A DNA stretch of 64,000 nt from Octopus vulgaris (taxonomy: Eukaryota): NCBI GenBank assembly GCA_951406725.2, contig OX597815.1, positions 209,746,001 to 209,810,000 of the forward strand. The letters run 5' to 3'. A program made the position numbers and the translations under genes. This document shows, in pieces, positions 12,947-30,096 of this stretch; position 1 is the stretch's first letter; each line of letters opens with the position of its first letter. The notes under the pieces are model-generated. The model saw nothing but the letters and a program-made list of their open reading frames with translations. It was not told the origin of the DNA and ran no database searches.

Positions 12947-14123
12947 CCAATGAAATTAAAAATGAAATGCAGAACTGAAAATACAAGTAAGACAAAACAA
13001 CAGTTTGAACTTTGCTTTGTATTTCTATAAGACCTCTTGGTCAGGAGAAAATGTGTATATGTGGAACCAGTATCTTTTGCTCAAATAATTAGAAAGTGTT
13101 GTGACATCCAAGATGTGATATTCATACTGTAATCATTGCCATTCGCGTATCTCTGGTCTGCTGTTGATGGACTGTTTCAGTTTAATAATCATGATAGCCT
13201 CCTCAAATAGCTCATGCTACGTTCTATTGCCTTGATGGTAACGATAATATTCTGTGGATGGTTGTGATCTAGGTGCCTTTTCAATATGCTTGTCTGTATG
13301 TGTTACTTGATGCGGTTATATAGCTTCTGGATGGTTCCATATTTATTAACATTAAGGAGGGGGCTGTTTACTGGAAGTGTAGTGTTAGCAATACTTTATA
13401 TGGAAGACGAAATGAATAACAAAAAAAAAATGGCGAGATCTGTAAAGAACGAGCATAGAAATGTTTAAAAAATGACTGTAATGAAAAAGAATTTGAAAGT
13501 TTCCATGACGGCAATAGAGAACATAAAATTGAAAGCTTCAGAGATGGCAAGGATAGAGATTAAAAATTAAAATACATAATAAATTTTATATCGTTATGAA
13601 TTTCTCTTATTGTATTTTTGTGACATTTATTTTGTATTTGATTTCCTTATTTTTCCATGCATGCCGTTTATTTGAAATATATATGAGGCATAAGCATTCA
13701 AAGTTTTGAAGAAGAAACAAATTAGTTCCTTAAATTTAAATATATTCTATCGAACCTTTTCGTCAGAATTATGTTGCATGTTATACACAAATATATAAAT
13801 ATATGCATGGGTTTAGAATTTAGTTAAACAATCGCGTGGTTAGAGATACAAGCCAACTTATTGGTATTTTGGACGAGTCTCTTTTACCATTGCATTTTGT
13901 GTCATCACTATAAGGTAGTAAAATGGCGCATCGATCAAACATAACTTCGATCACATTACACCATTTTCGACTGTCAGTTTTGTTCTACAACGATAAAAAG
14001 TACTCCAGCCATAAAACCAAATGCAGGAATCTAATATTGGTACACTTAAAAGACTGAAACTAGTTAAAGAATAATAATTACTAAAATACACAATTTATTT
14101 CATGAACTTGACTGCAATCATTT

Positions 14124-14154
14124 CTAACCCTAACCCTAACTCTAACCCTAACCC
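14124..14154. repeat. Short interstitial telomeric-type (CCCTAA)n repeat
   Basis: CTAACCCTAACCCTAACTCTAACCCTAACCC. Confidence 0.8.
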
Positions 14155-14495
14155 TTCTTAAGGGGTTTCAGGTACACTTATTTTAAAATTTGTAATAGAG
14201 GCACTGCTAGCGTTTTACCATACAAGATTGGTTTGCAATATTTATGCTACAGTAATTGGAATTAAACTCATGCTGATATTTTTACTTCCCTAGATGTTTC
14301 GTAGCGTTTTTAGTTGTTACTTAATTTGAGGCCAAACCTAATCAACCAGATTTATGACTAAAAGCATTCAAGCCTCCCCCAAGAACCTTCCCTATCTCTT
14401 TCCTTTCTTTCCAGTGAACAGCGCATTCAGAACTGAATCTTTTAACATAGCTGTGTACACCTACCCACGCGCATACACACATAACACACACACAT

Positions 14496-14548
<53 letters not shown>

Positions 14549-14590
14549 CAGAGAGAGATATAGATACATATACATATAGATACATATATA

Positions 14591-15471
14591 TTGGGTCAAT
14601 CCCATAAATAATGCGGTTTTTTAATACTTTTATTTTTCAAAATTAAGATAAACAAAGATCTTTTTCAAATTAAAACATACTCTCCTTCATTTTCTACATT
14701 GTTCTTCCATCTGTCTGGTACACTGCCAAGGCCCCTCTTCCAAAATTCACTTGTCCGTGACAAAAATTATTCTTCCAGTACTGTTCTGGCTTCGTCTACA
14801 GAATTCATATTCTCTCCGTCCAAACAATTTTGAAGACTGCAGAAAAAATGATAACCAGATGGGGCAATGTCTGGCGAATGTGATGGGTGGGGCAGCGTTT
14901 CTCATTCAAACTGCTCCGGCCTTTCGAATGTCACCCTCGCTGTTGAAACCAAAGATGGTCGTTTTTCCGATGGCACGTCCGTGTCGATGAATGGATGAAT
15001 GGCCAAATCCAAGCGCCTCTGCTAGTTTTTCAACAGTTATGCTGGGATTTTGTTCCACCAGGGTTTGTAGGATGTCTTCGTCGAGCTCTACAAATCTTTC
15101 AGTACGTGGCTTCTCTTCCAGGCTGTAGTTTCCGGCTCGGAATTTCAGGAACCACCGTTAACACTGGCTTACGCTTATTGTCCGATCCTCATATTCTGCA
15201 TTAATATTCCTCGCACTTTCCATTGCATTGTTGCCTTTATTGAACTCATAAAGCAAAATATGCCGAATATGCTCCTTTGACACTTCCATTATAGCTTTTA
15301 AAAAATAAGTTTAAAAATCGAACTGCACTCTTCAAAGCTTTCACTAAGAATAAGTACAAGTTAAAATTACTACCTACTTTTATAGTAAGTTGAGGCAGGT
15401 AGCTCATCCCGTCCCCTCCGATTTTTAGCTCATGCAATTGAAAAAACCACATTATTTATGGGATAACCCAA
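14591..15471 (-). mobile_element. Mariner internal-deletion derivative with TIRs and TA target duplication
   Basis: TA|TTGGGTCAATCCCATAAATAATGCGGTTTTT ... AAAAACCACATTATTTATGGGATAACCCAA|TA, with transposase remnants on the minus strand homologous to 4879-5295. Confidence 0.92.
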
Positions 15472-16412
15472 TATATACATTACACTTGTATATGAATGTA
15501 TGTATATATGTATGCATATGTGTGTGTGTGTGTGTATTGATCGAGAAAGAGGAAAGAGAAACAAGGGAGGAAAAGAGACTGTAAGTCGTTAAACTGTAAG
15601 ATAAAATATCTGACAGTAATTGTTAGCTTTCTACACTCAAATTCTGCCGAGTTCAACATTGCAGTTCATTTTTCATCAGCGTCAAGAAGTATGAAACAGC
15701 CAATAGTTGACGCCAGTTGTTCTTTTTTTTCTATCGTATCTTGTTCTGAATTCTCAGGATTCAATGTTTTTGCACTGTTGGGATCGGGATTGAAAGAAGA
15801 CAACACAGTGTTTCAAAGCAAAGTCAAATAAACAGGTAGTCGCTAACGATATAGATAAAATTTTCGCATTAAAATCTCATTTGTGTCACCCATACTCCAC
15901 TGTTGGCGGCGCCTGTCACATACATACATACATTCATAAGAGTTACTCTACCTTGATTACAAGTTCAGCTTTATATCTGTAATTATTGGAGCACTGGGAA
16001 TTGTAACACAGTGCCAAGATACCAGTCCTGAGAAATTCCGATTTTTAAAACCAGAAATAAGAAAGCTGATCCAAGATCTACAGATCTAAGCCGACATTGG
16101 AACTGTAAAAATTTGTCAAACTTCCCATTAGTTTATCATTCAAATATATATGAGCATACCTAGGCATGCAACTATATGCATGATAATACATACATAAAAC
16201 AAAACATACAAATCTGAGGATGCCCTAACTCAAAATACTGCACACATACACACATACATGCACAAATATCTTGTTGATGTTGAAATACCATTGAAGGAAA
16301 CTTGATTCTAGGATAGAAACCGGCTCCTTCTCTATAGGCAAGAAGTCTTGAAAAAAACACAAAAAAACTGAATAACGATATACATACACTCACACATTCA
16401 TACATATCTACG

Positions 16413-16477
<65 letters not shown>

Positions 16478-16707
16478 GTGTGTGTGTATATATACATATA
16501 TATGTATATATATCCATATATATATATATATGACAGAGTGCCTCACTTGTTACCTTAGTGTTTACGACAACGTATAATTGTACATATGTATCTATGTATG
16601 TATGCATGTATGTATGCATGTGTGTAAGAATATAAATATATATCCATATATATATATAGATATATATATATACAACTCACACGCATGTATCCATCTATCT
16701 ATATATA

Positions 16708-16752
<45 letters not shown>

Positions 16753-17062
16753 TGCATGTGTGTGCATGTGCGTTTGTGTATGTGTGCGTAAGTATGCATG
16801 TATGTATATGCAAAATCATGTAGCTGATCAAAGTTAGCTAAATTCAGCTTAGCAGTTCTTAACACGTTCGTGTATTGGCGTGATTCTCAGTATGTTATCT
16901 CATGTGATTTTTATCAAAAAAATTAAACAAAGATCAATATTTATATGATCAATTTTTTTTTCAACAGAGATTACTGACATGTTACTTTTGAAAGATAGAC
17001 CGACGGGTATATTTTAGCGATAAGTAAGTAAAGAATTACTTGGTTATAGTGAATTACAAATA

Positions 17063-17940
17063 TTAACAATGCTGATTGCAATCAGCACTTTTCTCTTTGG
17101 TTAAATAGAGATCCCTGCAGAAGTCCTTTAGAGCCTCTTGAGAAAATGGTATTGGTTTATTCTCACTTTCTGGATCATTGGGCTCCACACATTCACCACT
17201 GGAATGTTCATCAGCACTGCTGGAACTCTGCATTTCTTTACCTGGAGGTTTGGGCACAGGTGAATTTTCTGAGTGCTCTACTGGGCGCATTGCTGATTGC
17301 AAATTTGGGTAGACAATGTGTTTCTTTTTCTTTGCTGTAGTACAGCCTTTAAAGTCATGGTGACAGAAATAGCAATCATTAGAGCGATCTTTCTGCTCAC
17401 GCCGAATCATTGGAACACCAAACTTCATGTGAACATTCTTTCCTGAACACCAGGCACTCAATGTTTTCACACATATAAGGCGACCCACAAGAGGAGCCCA
17501 TGACTGATCCTGGTCTCCTAAGTAACAATCGAAGTATGCCTTGTATATTTTCTTGATATGGCGTGTAATACTGCGCTTTTCTTTAGCAAAAGTCAATTCT
17601 CCACAGATATAACAGAATCTGTTTGGATCATTTTTGCACTGTCTTGCACTCATTGTTGAAAATAAATAAGATCTGAAAGCTAAAAGATAGCATTAAACAC
17701 AAGCTTTGAATCACATTGTAGGTGCTACTCAGATTGGTCTCTAGCCCTGGATTGAAACCCATTTTACAATGCGATAGAGAATTTTATTTAATAATAATGA
17801 CAAAAAGGGTATACAATGACAATTCTGTGGAAACCATGCCTAATTCAACAAAAAGAAGGCCAGAAATGGATTTCTCGTGTCATTTTGCATATAAAAATGG
17901 CCACAGATCTCCTGTACTTTTTTTTGAGTGTTGCACAGTG
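17063..17940 (-). mobile_element. Chapaev3-like (CMC) DNA transposon 5' end with truncated transposase ORF 17063-17653
   Basis: N-terminal motifs CKNDPNRFCYICG, YKAYF..GDQDQSWAP and KFGVPMIRREQKDRSNDCYFC. The terminus begins CACTGTGCAAC at 17940. Family assignment is from recalled motif similarity. Confidence 0.75.
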
Positions 17941-18048
17941 TTATTGTAATAAGATCTCGATTGCTCGAAAATTTGGGATAAAAATGCTTATAAACAAAAT
18001 TATTCTGGGAAATATTTGAATTCAAAATATTTCCTTTCCAGGAGAGAC

Positions 18049-18085
<37 letters not shown>

Positions 18086-18347
18086 AACAAACACACACAC
18101 ACAAACACACACACATACACACAGACTATCACTCACTCACACAAACACACGCATACACATAAATAGACAGACACACATACACGCACACACTCACACATGC
18201 ACACGCACACTCGCACATACACAGACATATTTGCACAGATATTTAGACATTCAGCCTTCGAATTTTTCTTATCTAAAGAGATTGATCGTCATAATATGTA
18301 CATAGTATTATTCTTAGCTCTACGTGTTTCGGAATAGCATAAAGAGT

Positions 18348-18530
18348 AAAGACTCCCTTCGGTCATGAATGACCATGGAATTGCACCTAGAAAGTTCTCC
18401 TATGAGGCACAAGTCCAGGCAAAGTGATTTATGAAAGACCAGCGGTCACCCATGCATACCAGCCTCCCCTTTCCGTGCCACCTTTTTAATCCAAAGGAAA
18501 AGCAAAGGCCGATACAGTTTGGCACCAACT
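18348..18530 (-). mobile_element. 3' part of tRNA-SINE family D
   Basis: Matches about 47196-47368 (TTGCACCTAGAAAGTT...CATGCATACC...GGCCGATACAG). Confidence 0.8.
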
Positions 18531-18705
18531 GGTTTCGAGTAGTATCGGAGAGGATCGGGCGAGACTACGTGGACATTCCAGACTCCGACTGGAAGACGCA
18601 TTGACTGCGAATGATCCGTGTATCTTGTTTTGTCCTGTTTGCCGTTGTTGTGCTATCGTCCATTTCCTGCTGGTTATGTTTTGAGGATTTCCGTTTATTG
18701 TGTTT

Positions 18706-18793
<88 letters not shown>

Positions 18794-19349
18794 TTATGTC
18801 TTTGTGTCGGTGTTTGTCACCCTACCGATGTTTGTGTGTTTACGTCTGCGTAACTTAGAGAAACATAGAATATGTACTAGGCTTACAAAAACAAATATCC
18901 TAAGGTCGATTTCTTCGACTAAAACCCTTTAGGGTTGTGCTCCAGCATGGCCGCAATGAAATAACTGAATGAAGTGAACTAAAAAATTAACATATATATA
19001 TATATAAAGATAGATAGATAGATATAATTATACAGATATAGCTATATGTATAGATATATGCATACTTTTCTTCTAACGAAATTAAAAATAGATCTCCTTC
19101 TCCTTTCATGGAGGATTGAAAGAGTAAGTTCAACTCCTGCTGTTCGTTGCGAGTCGTAATTAAATACTGCAGAATATAGTGGCGTCTATTAGAACAACAT
19201 ATAACTGCAAACTAAACCCACTGAATACTTGAAAACGCTCGTATTAAGAATCAATATGCAGAAAAGACTTGTCAAAAATAACTAATACATATATAGGACA
19301 CATGCTGGATGTTGTGTGTGGTTCTGCTTAACGTTGTGTGTCGCGTATA

Positions 19350-19755
19350 GGCGTAGGAGTGGCTGTGTGGTAAGTAGCTTGCTTACCAACCACATGGTTC
19401 CGAGTTCAGTCTCACTGCGTGGCATCATGGGCAAGTGTCTTCTGCTATAGCCCCGGGCCGACCAATGCCTTGTGAGTGGATTTGGTAGACGGAAACTGAA
19501 AGAAGCCTGTCTTATATATGTATATATATATATTTGTATGTATGTGTATATGTTTGTGTGTCTGTGTTTGTCCCCCTAGCATTGCTTGACAACCAATGCT
19601 GGTGTGTTTACGTCCCCGTAACTTAGCGGTTCGGCAAAAGAGACCGATTGAATAAGTACTGGGCTTACAGAGAATAAGACCCGGGGTCGATTTGCTCGAC
19701 TAAAGGCGGTGCTCCATCATGGCCGCAGTCAAATGACTGAAACAAGTAAAAGAAT
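19350..19755 (+). mobile_element. Full-length tRNA-SINE family A with internal microsatellite
   Basis: A-box-like TGGCTGTGTGG, B-box-like GAGTTCAGTC, and tail GGCCGCAGTCAAATGACTGAAACAAGTAAAAGA; many copies in the window. Confidence 0.92.
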
Positions 19756-19844
19756 ATACATTATACATACACATATATATATTGTTGACATAAGAATTTA
19801 TAAACGTTCGAGAGAACATGAAATAATTCTCTTTTTTTACAACA

Positions 19845-20128
19845 TTTTGACTGAGTAGTTAGAGAGTGTACCTCACAATCATGCAGTTGCGTCTTGTGTT
19901 CTTCAGCAAGACACTTTATTTCAAGTTACTCCACTTCACTCAGCTGTAGAAATGAGTTGCGACGTCACTTGTGCCAAACTTTGTAACATCATAGCGTGAA
20001 GAAGAGGCTGCTATGCATGGGCGACTGCTGGTCTTCCATAAACAACCTTGCCCGGATTTACCTCGGAAGGTGACTTTTTAGGAGCAATTCCATGATCATT
20101 CATGACCTAAGAGGGTTTTTACCCTTTA
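19845..20128 (+). mobile_element. Diverged tRNA-SINE family D
   Basis: Reverse-complement similarity to 47196-47525. Confidence 0.75.
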
Positions 20129-20158
20129 TCCTAATGGCATTAGTGCCACAACTAACTG

Positions 20159-21549
<1,391 letters not shown>

Positions 21550-21912
21550 TGGTTTAACGGAAAATATGACAATAATTGTTTGAAAGAAGCATGTTTTTTG
21601 GTCATTTTCCCCTGATAAATAGGGTTTTATGCATCACAAAGGCACTCATAATACTCCTTGTATATTCCTGCATTTTGTTTGCACCGAAACATTAATAGTG
21701 GAAACGTAGATTAGAAGCGAATTCAAATATCGCGACCCGACATCGTTTTCGAGGTTATTTTTATAGTAAAAAAAGTTGTGCAAAAAACATTCTTCATTTG
21801 GTAGCAGAAATATTACTGAATCTTCTGATACTACAGACGTCAACATAGGCAACTCACTTTTCGAATCTATGAGGAACATACGCACCATATATTATATATA
21901 TACTCCCCTTAG

Positions 21913-21948
<36 letters not shown>

Positions 21949-22020
21949 ATATATTTATATATATATATATGTGTGTGTGCGTGTATATATATATATATAT
22001 ATATATATATGCAAATATAC

Positions 22021-22170
22021 GACGGGCTTCTTTCAGTTTCTACCTACCAAATCCCGTCTCAAGGCTTCGATTGGCTCTAATCTACAGTAGAAATCAATAG
22101 CGTAAGCTGCCACGCAGTGGGACTGAACCTGGAACCACATGGTTAGTATGCAATCTTCTTGCTACACTGT
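22021..22170 (-). mobile_element. tRNA-SINE family A head
   Basis: Reverse-complement similarity to the 19350 copy. Confidence 0.8.
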
Positions 22171-23052
22171 AACGTATATACATATATATATATATATACA
22201 CACTCATATGTATATATATATATGTAATTGTATGTTTGTATGTATCTGTGTATATATGTGTATATATGTGTATGTATGTGTGTATGTATGTACGCAGCTA
22301 GGTAGGTATGTAAACGTACGAACATATCGGCAGTCACAGGCACACTTAAAAGTGGTTGTTATGTAATGTAGATTTCTCAACAATAATTAAAATAACCGGC
22401 ATTAAAGAATCAACTGACCATTATGCTCTGCAGTTGGCCCAATCGATTTTATCTATTTCTTGAACGTTTGTTGCACCAAACAAATATCAGAATCCCATAC
22501 AGTTCCTTTAATGACCACAAGAAAGCAGAATTAAAATTCCATCAAGCAGAATCAATGGTGAACTTTTCCTCCGGAGTTGTATTTGATTCACTTACAAAAT
22601 ATGCTAACGCTCTTCAAAATAACACATTTAATAAATAAATTTGTAGACATTTTTTTGTTGTTACTGTAAATTCGTAGTTACTTCGTAATGCACAAAATCG
22701 ATACCAAAGATTTCCTTCAGCAAGTATTATACACGAACTGAGAGCTTGATTCGATTTGCTGTCCAGTTTTAACTTATTTCTGTAAATAATGTAAGAAAAG
22801 ACGTGAATATTATAAATCCTCATAGATTACATTTTCTATGCAATAATTCCAGTCATTCATTAGCAAAAGTCTGTACCGCATTCTACCTCAACTTACAGTT
22901 ACGTCTATATTATACAACATCCAATTTTTTGCAAAGTACTCTACCTACGTCAGCTGTTTCACGCTATCGAAGCATTTTCGGTTACATTCGTCTCGTGGAC
23001 ACCTTCCTCACCACCATTATTATTATTAACAACAACAACAACGACAACAGTG

Positions 23053-23240
23053 TGGAGGCGGAATGGCCTCGTAGTTAGGGCAGCGGACTCGTAAGAACGC
23101 GCTTTCGATTCCTAGATCGGGATTTGTGAGTGTTTATTGAGCAAAAACACCTAAGCTCCGCGAGGCTCCGGTGGTGGGGGGTTGAACCCCGCTGTACTCT
23201 TTCACCGCAACTTTCTCTCACTGTTTCTTCTTACTTCTGC
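23053..23240 (+). mobile_element. tRNA-SINE family C 5' part
   Basis: Matches the head of the 27304 copy (GTTAGGGCAGCGGACTCG...TTTCGATT). Confidence 0.85.
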
Positions 23241-23525
23241 CACAAAGCAGAGGAACCATGGTGTAACCCACTATGGTGTGGTAAACTTTCAGACCCTAGT
23301 CTAGTATGTGAATCCTCTGTACCCCAGGATGGTTCAGCTCTCCACCTGTTACAAGCCACCATTTACGAAATGAGGATAACAACATAGCTTTCGCGCCCGT
23401 GCAACCGCCAGTCTATCTCGTGTGCTGGGTGGATCTTCAAGTTGCCACACATGCATTTTTAGTAGCTTAGAGTAGGCTCGAATTAGAGATTATTCTTTGT
23501 GGCTAATGGCGTGAGTCCTGATTGG

Positions 23526-23600
23526 AAGAAGAAGAAGAAGAAGAAGAAGAAGAAGAAGAAGAAGAAGAAGAAGAAGAAGAAGAATAAGAAGAAGACGACG
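23526..23600. repeat. (GAA)n microsatellite
   Basis: Directly visible. Confidence 0.95.
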
Positions 23601-23699
23601 ACGACGAAGACAACAACAGCAACAACAGCACTTCTCTCTCGGGGGGGGGGGGGCAGTATCAATTTGCTTTTCAAGTGAAGCTGGCACAGAAACAATGTA

Positions 23700-24470
23700 A
23701 GAAAGGAGAACGCTTGCCGAGTATTTGATAAATAGTGATGAAGGCCCGCTGCAATATGCCACGAAAGATATGGGTGTAAATACAGATGAGATGATAGGCA
23801 AGGCAGAGTTTAACCAAAGAGCTAAAAAGACGAAAGAAGGCCTTCTTGAAGTGTGAATGCATGTACAGTTTGAAAGGAATTCACAAGACGTTAAGGATAA
23901 TAGAGCATCGTGGGCATGGCTTGAACGAGGTAATTTGAGGCGCACCACCGAAAGCCTGATCATTGCTGCATAAGATCAGACTCTCGCTACCAATTCATCG
24001 AAGTATAACATCTACAAAACTTCTGACACCCAGAAATGCAGACTCTGTGGAAAGAGTGTGGAAAATGTGACCCACTTGGTAAGTGGATGTGAGAGCCTTG
24101 CACAAAAGGAATATAAACGCCGCCACGATAAAGTGTGTATATCTTCATTAGTTCTTATGCCATAAATACCAATATGAAGTAACAGAGAACTGGTATGCGC
24201 ATGTACCAAGTAAAGTTATGCAGGAGAATGGAAAAGTAACGATACTCTGGGACTATGATTTTCAGGTGGATCGTGTGATCGAACACCATCGGTTGGATAT
24301 TGTCATATTGAATAAGAGAGTCAAATACCGTCAGATCATTGATGTAGCCATACCAAATGACATGAATATTGTGAGTAAAGAGGTTGAAAAAACCCACGAA
24401 GTACTGCGAACTGAAAGCGGAAATGGCAAGAGTGCATGGAATGCGAAAGGGTAAAGGCGAGACCAGTGGT
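23700..24470 (+). pseudogene. R4/Dong-like non-LTR retrotransposon C-terminus (CCHC knuckle plus restriction-like endonuclease), disrupted
   Basis: Translates to SWAWLERGNLRRTTESLIIAA*DQTL, KCRLCGKSVENVTHLVSGCESLAQKEYKRRHDKV and ILWDYDFQVDRVIEHHRLDIVILNK..IIDVAIP. Confidence 0.88.
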
Positions 24471-24499
24471 AATCGAAGGCGAGTAAATCATCCTTTCTT

Positions 24500-24695
24500 T
24501 CATAGGCAAAAGCCTAAAATATTAGGAGAGGGGCGAATCGATTGCAGTGATCTCAATGTGTAACTGGTACTTATTGTTGAAAGGACGAAAGTGAAAGCCG
24601 ACCTCGGCGGAATTTGAACTCAGAACGTAAGGACAGATAGAATTCTGCTAAGCATTTCCTCCGACGTGCGAATGATTCAGCCAGCATACCACCTT
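24500..24695 (-). mobile_element. tRNA-SINE family B
   Basis: CGACCTCGGCGGAATTTGAACTCAGAACGTAA is the reverse complement of the family B core. Confidence 0.8.
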
Positions 24696-25501
24696 TCATG
24701 AATGATGTCAATTTATTTCCTGGTTGAGTGACGCATTCAACTGATCCAACTTTAATCAATGAACCAAATAGTATGTGACTTTTCTAGTTTTCACACGCAC
24801 TTGTCATTCTAGATAAATAAAACAATTTTACTGGTGAATAAGAATAGGATTTCTCAGGTTGACTTACCCAGGTCATAGGACATGAAGGTAATGGAATTTG
24901 TTGGTGGGTAATGAACTGGACTAAAAATGGGACTTCTACTAGATTAACCTCTCCAAGTCTCTGTATATTAAGGATAAAGTCTTTGATGGTGTTTCAGTGA
25001 CATACAAAACATTATTGGACACTTCCATTCATATATCTGCACTCTCTTCTATTAGGTCTCAGATCAAAGGCTGAAAATCGAAATTCACAGAGATTGGCGT
25101 AAATTCAATATAGAAAATATATTGTTCACTCTTCTTATATGCAATATATATAGCTTATCCAACTCCATGCTTGCAAATAAATTCAAAAGGATACCAAAAG
25201 ATCAATATATATATACACATATCTGCATACATATACGTGTCAGTGAGGATGTGTGCATGTGTGTATATATATGGAGAGAGAGAGAGAGAGAGAGAAAGAA
25301 ACAGTAATAGGTATGTATTACATATATGAACATTTACATGTACTTATATATTATAGTATGGGAAAATTAAACAAAGGGAACTGTAGAGCACACACATAAG
25401 TTATCTATATATTATCTATATATCTATGCATACATACACACACACACATATATATATATACATACATATATACATACATACATACATATATACATACGTA
25501 C

Positions 25502-25561
<60 letters not shown>

Positions 25562-26319
25562 ATAGATATATGTATACATATAAGTCCACACGCACACACA
25601 TATATACATATTTATATTCATATATACATATATATATATATATAAATGTGTATATATACTGATACACATACGCATAAATGCTTACGAGCATATATTGGTA
25701 CATACATTCATATATACACGCACATTGATGCAGTTACCAATAACACACGCATATAAGCTATATTTCATAATATATAGGACACAAGCATGTATCATTTTTG
25801 TTGCAAAAACGAAAGGTATAATATACGCATAAAAATAGAAACATTTGTAAAAAAAAAAAAGAACTATATGTAAGAAATTTATACAGAAAATCTAAAAAAA
25901 ATATATTTTAGGCTAGTCTAGAGAAGAAAAAAATAGGAAGAAAAAATCGTTATAGACACAAGAGAGAGAGGAAAGAAAATGTAAGACAGAGAGTGGCAAA
26001 AAAACGGGGGTGGGGGGTGGAAGAAAACAAAGAAAAAAATGAAGTGGAAATAGAAAGGAAGAGAATATGAAGAAAGAGATCCTCTCTTTGTGTGTGGTGT
26101 GTGCGTGTGTGTATGTGTGTGTGTGTGTTAAAGTATGCATGAGACAAGGGTGGTAAGAAAGAAGAAGAACAAAAAGCGAATGGAGAAAGCTCAAGATGGG
26201 TACTGATATTCATACAGCAATGATGTAGAGCGTGTTTAAGTATCATTATTCATGCAACTTGAAAATAATACACTCTAGAAAAAAAAAATACGGATCTTCT
26301 CAATAATGGAAACAGACAA

Positions 26320-26354
<35 letters not shown>

Positions 26355-26411
26355 ACATATATACATTCAAAGACACATCAATCACATAAGAAGCGTAAAT
26401 GTATACACTCA

Positions 26412-26809
26412 CTAGCAGTATCGCCCGGCGTTGCTCGGGTTTGTAAGGGAAATAACTATATAAGAATTTTTAGAGATGTAAAGTATAATAGCCATCTCAA
26501 TATGGCTAACCACAAAGGTGGGGTGGGTGTTACTGTAGCTTTTTACGTTCTGAGATTTGATAATAAATTTTTAGAGAGTTACTTCCCTTATATATGCCAA
26601 AAATGCATTAAAAATGGGAAAAATTGATGATAAATTTTTTAAAAATCGTAGATCATCGTAGACGCACGCTAATACCCAGAAGGGCTCGATATGAATCACG
26701 ACTATAAGATACCCGGTTTTGGTTAAACTGCACCGCAAAATGTGGGAGTAGTTAGGAATCCAAATCGTAGGAGACAGACAGCACACAACCTCACTTTTAT
26801 ATATAAAGA
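26412..26809 (-). mobile_element. Non-autonomous Helitron
   Basis: Minus strand reads A|TCTTTATATATAAAAG ... CCCGAGCAACGCCGGG hairpin ... CTAG|T, with no TSD and insertion at A|T. Confidence 0.88.
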
Positions 26810-27204
26810 TATGCATACATATAAACAGCCACACAAATACATGCTACAGACCAGGCGATGACTCAAATATGCATAAATTTATGCATACATGCACAAAGTA
26901 ATATGCACACCAAACTTGCATATCTATATTGTTTTGTACAGAAGAAGGAAGAAATTGAAATATATATATGAGAGAGTCACATAAGGAAATGTGATGTTTA
27001 TATTCTTTTATTAAAAAAAAAAAATTTTTTTACCCTTTTAATTGTTTCAGTCATCTGACTGCGGCCGTGCTAGAGCCCCGCCTATAGTCGAACAAATCGA
27101 CCCCAGGACAGGACTTATTCTTTGTAACTCTAGTACTTATTATATCGGGCTCTTGTTACTGAACCGTTAAGTATATATTTATATATACACACATACATAT
27201 ATAA

Positions 27205-27689
<485 letters not shown>

Positions 27690-27707
27690 ATATATATATA
27701 TATATAT

Positions 27708-27838
27708 GACGGGCTTCTTTCAGTTTCCGTCTACCAAATATACTCACAAGGGTTTGGTCGGCCCGAAGCTATAGTAGAAGGACAGAATCCAGAAGCATGT
27801 GGTTAGGAAACAAGCCTCTTATCACACAGCCACTCCTA
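27708..27838 (-). mobile_element. tRNA-SINE family A head (internally deleted)
   Basis: Reverse-complement similarity to the 19350 copy. Confidence 0.8.
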
Positions 27839-27902
27839 CATATATATACATACATAATATGATAAATCAACACTATAGCAATTCGTTGCAAGCATACATA
27901 CA

Positions 27903-28032
<130 letters not shown>

Positions 28033-28131
28033 CAAACCCGTGTTTGTATGTACGCACACACATACATATATACGCATATATACATACATACATACATACA
28101 TACATACATACATACATACACACACAGACAC

Positions 28132-28183
<52 letters not shown>

Positions 28184-29199
28184 GTATATATATACGTATA
28201 TGTATATATATATACACGAAAGGTTATACAATTGCACCAGTTTTACAAATACCCTTAAAAATTTAGTTGTAAATATCTTAGCAGATGAGAGATAGTGGCA
28301 ATAGTGTAATATAATGGAATACAATATTTCCTAGGGTGAAGAAAGGAAGAAACTAATTCCAATTTTGATCATAAGAGATGGAGTCGTTGCATCAGCATAT
28401 AATACTTTTCAGAAAATGTACTGAAACCGTAGACATGAGAGGAAACTGTTCTGATAATTGATTAATTTATCATTGGTAACTGATCTGGAAATTGAATTCA
28501 GATCCCCAAAGTACTTCGAGAATATGGTGATATTTCGTACAAATTTATGACCAACGGGGAAAATGTATGCACGTTTGAAATGTTTAGCTAGGCAGAGAAG
28601 TAGTTCCAGTGAATTGTATTTCAGATAAGAAGGATGTAAAGCAAAGTACATTTTCGCTGATAGACAATTAAAAAAACCTATTAATAAGATAGCGGGGGAA
28701 CTTGGATTGGTAGTGTTGCTTTGTACACCACTTTGGTGAATAAAAAGTCATTATGATAAATATAAAGGGGCAAATAAGGGAAGAGAGATCACAAGCCCTT
28801 TGGAAAAGGACTATTAGTCGTTGAGTGATGGTTTATCTAAATTTTACGTATTTAATTTCCCGGCACACTGATTGTCTTTGGGCATTCTTTCTCAGCAATC
28901 GTCTTTCTTTCAATTATAAATAACTAACGTGTCTCTATGAATCTCGAAAACGCATTCACTATTTCTTATATTACTAGTATTTTGCCTAGTCTTTATAAAT
29001 AATGCAAATTTCGTAATCCGGATGTTTGTATTTTATCAACCAGAAAACTTAAATATTGTCAAGTTACTTTTCAACAACATAATATGCACTTTTTTTAAAA
29101 ATTAAGATTAGAAAATTGCATTCCCTTATGGGCAGTTAATGACTCTGTAATATAAGTATCTCGGTCACAGCACATAAAAATATTATATAAATATACCAA

Positions 29200-29241
<42 letters not shown>

Positions 29242-30096
29242 TTGTGGTAGCTGAAATCTTCCTTAAACTGCACTCTATCATCTTAATAATAATAAAAAAT
29301 CGCAGAATATAGAAATTAAATGGCTCGAAGTTCTTTGATTATATATCAGTATGTTCGGAGTTAACCTGAGACTAAAAAGCGGTGAAAGAGCATTTACAAA
29401 ATATAGCCGCAAAAAGTGCAGTAAATCCAGTCAATGATATGTAATCGTATAATTACCAACTTTCAACAATATATGCACCATTGAAGTGCGTCTTGCTAAC
29501 TTTTATTCAGTCATTACATTAGCAAAAATTGCTCTCAAAGTTGATAGGAAATCAGATTACTGCTTGAAAGATCAATAGTTCATATGTTAAAGTGGTTCTT
29601 TGACAAGACTATAAGCATAACATCATCCTACTCCCACCTTCAGCTAACCGAAAAGGTTACTTGAACAGATTCTAATAAATGTTAAAATATACTGTATATG
29701 ATTGCTCAAACATTGCAACAGTCATCATTTTGAACTTATTTGCTCTATACACACCTATTTTATTCTGATCTGAATTGACATAGAATAATTATTCATTAAA
29801 TTAAAACAAAGCCAGTTACGTAGTGGTGGGGCTGATATACGTCTAAATGAGGCCTACATATTTCTGGATATTTTTTTTATCTCTCTACGACCTAGCTTTA
29901 TGTTATAAAAAGATAAAATTGAATACTGTAGTTTTTACTCCTATTTTTTTATTATGCTCTTCCTTTTTCCAGAGATTAGAATTAACCTTGAAAATTCAGT
30001 CAAAACGTTATTTATCTATACAATAATTGTATGAAAATAACATGCAGTCAATATCAAGCAAAAACTATTCAAAACTACTGAGGGTCATGTATATAT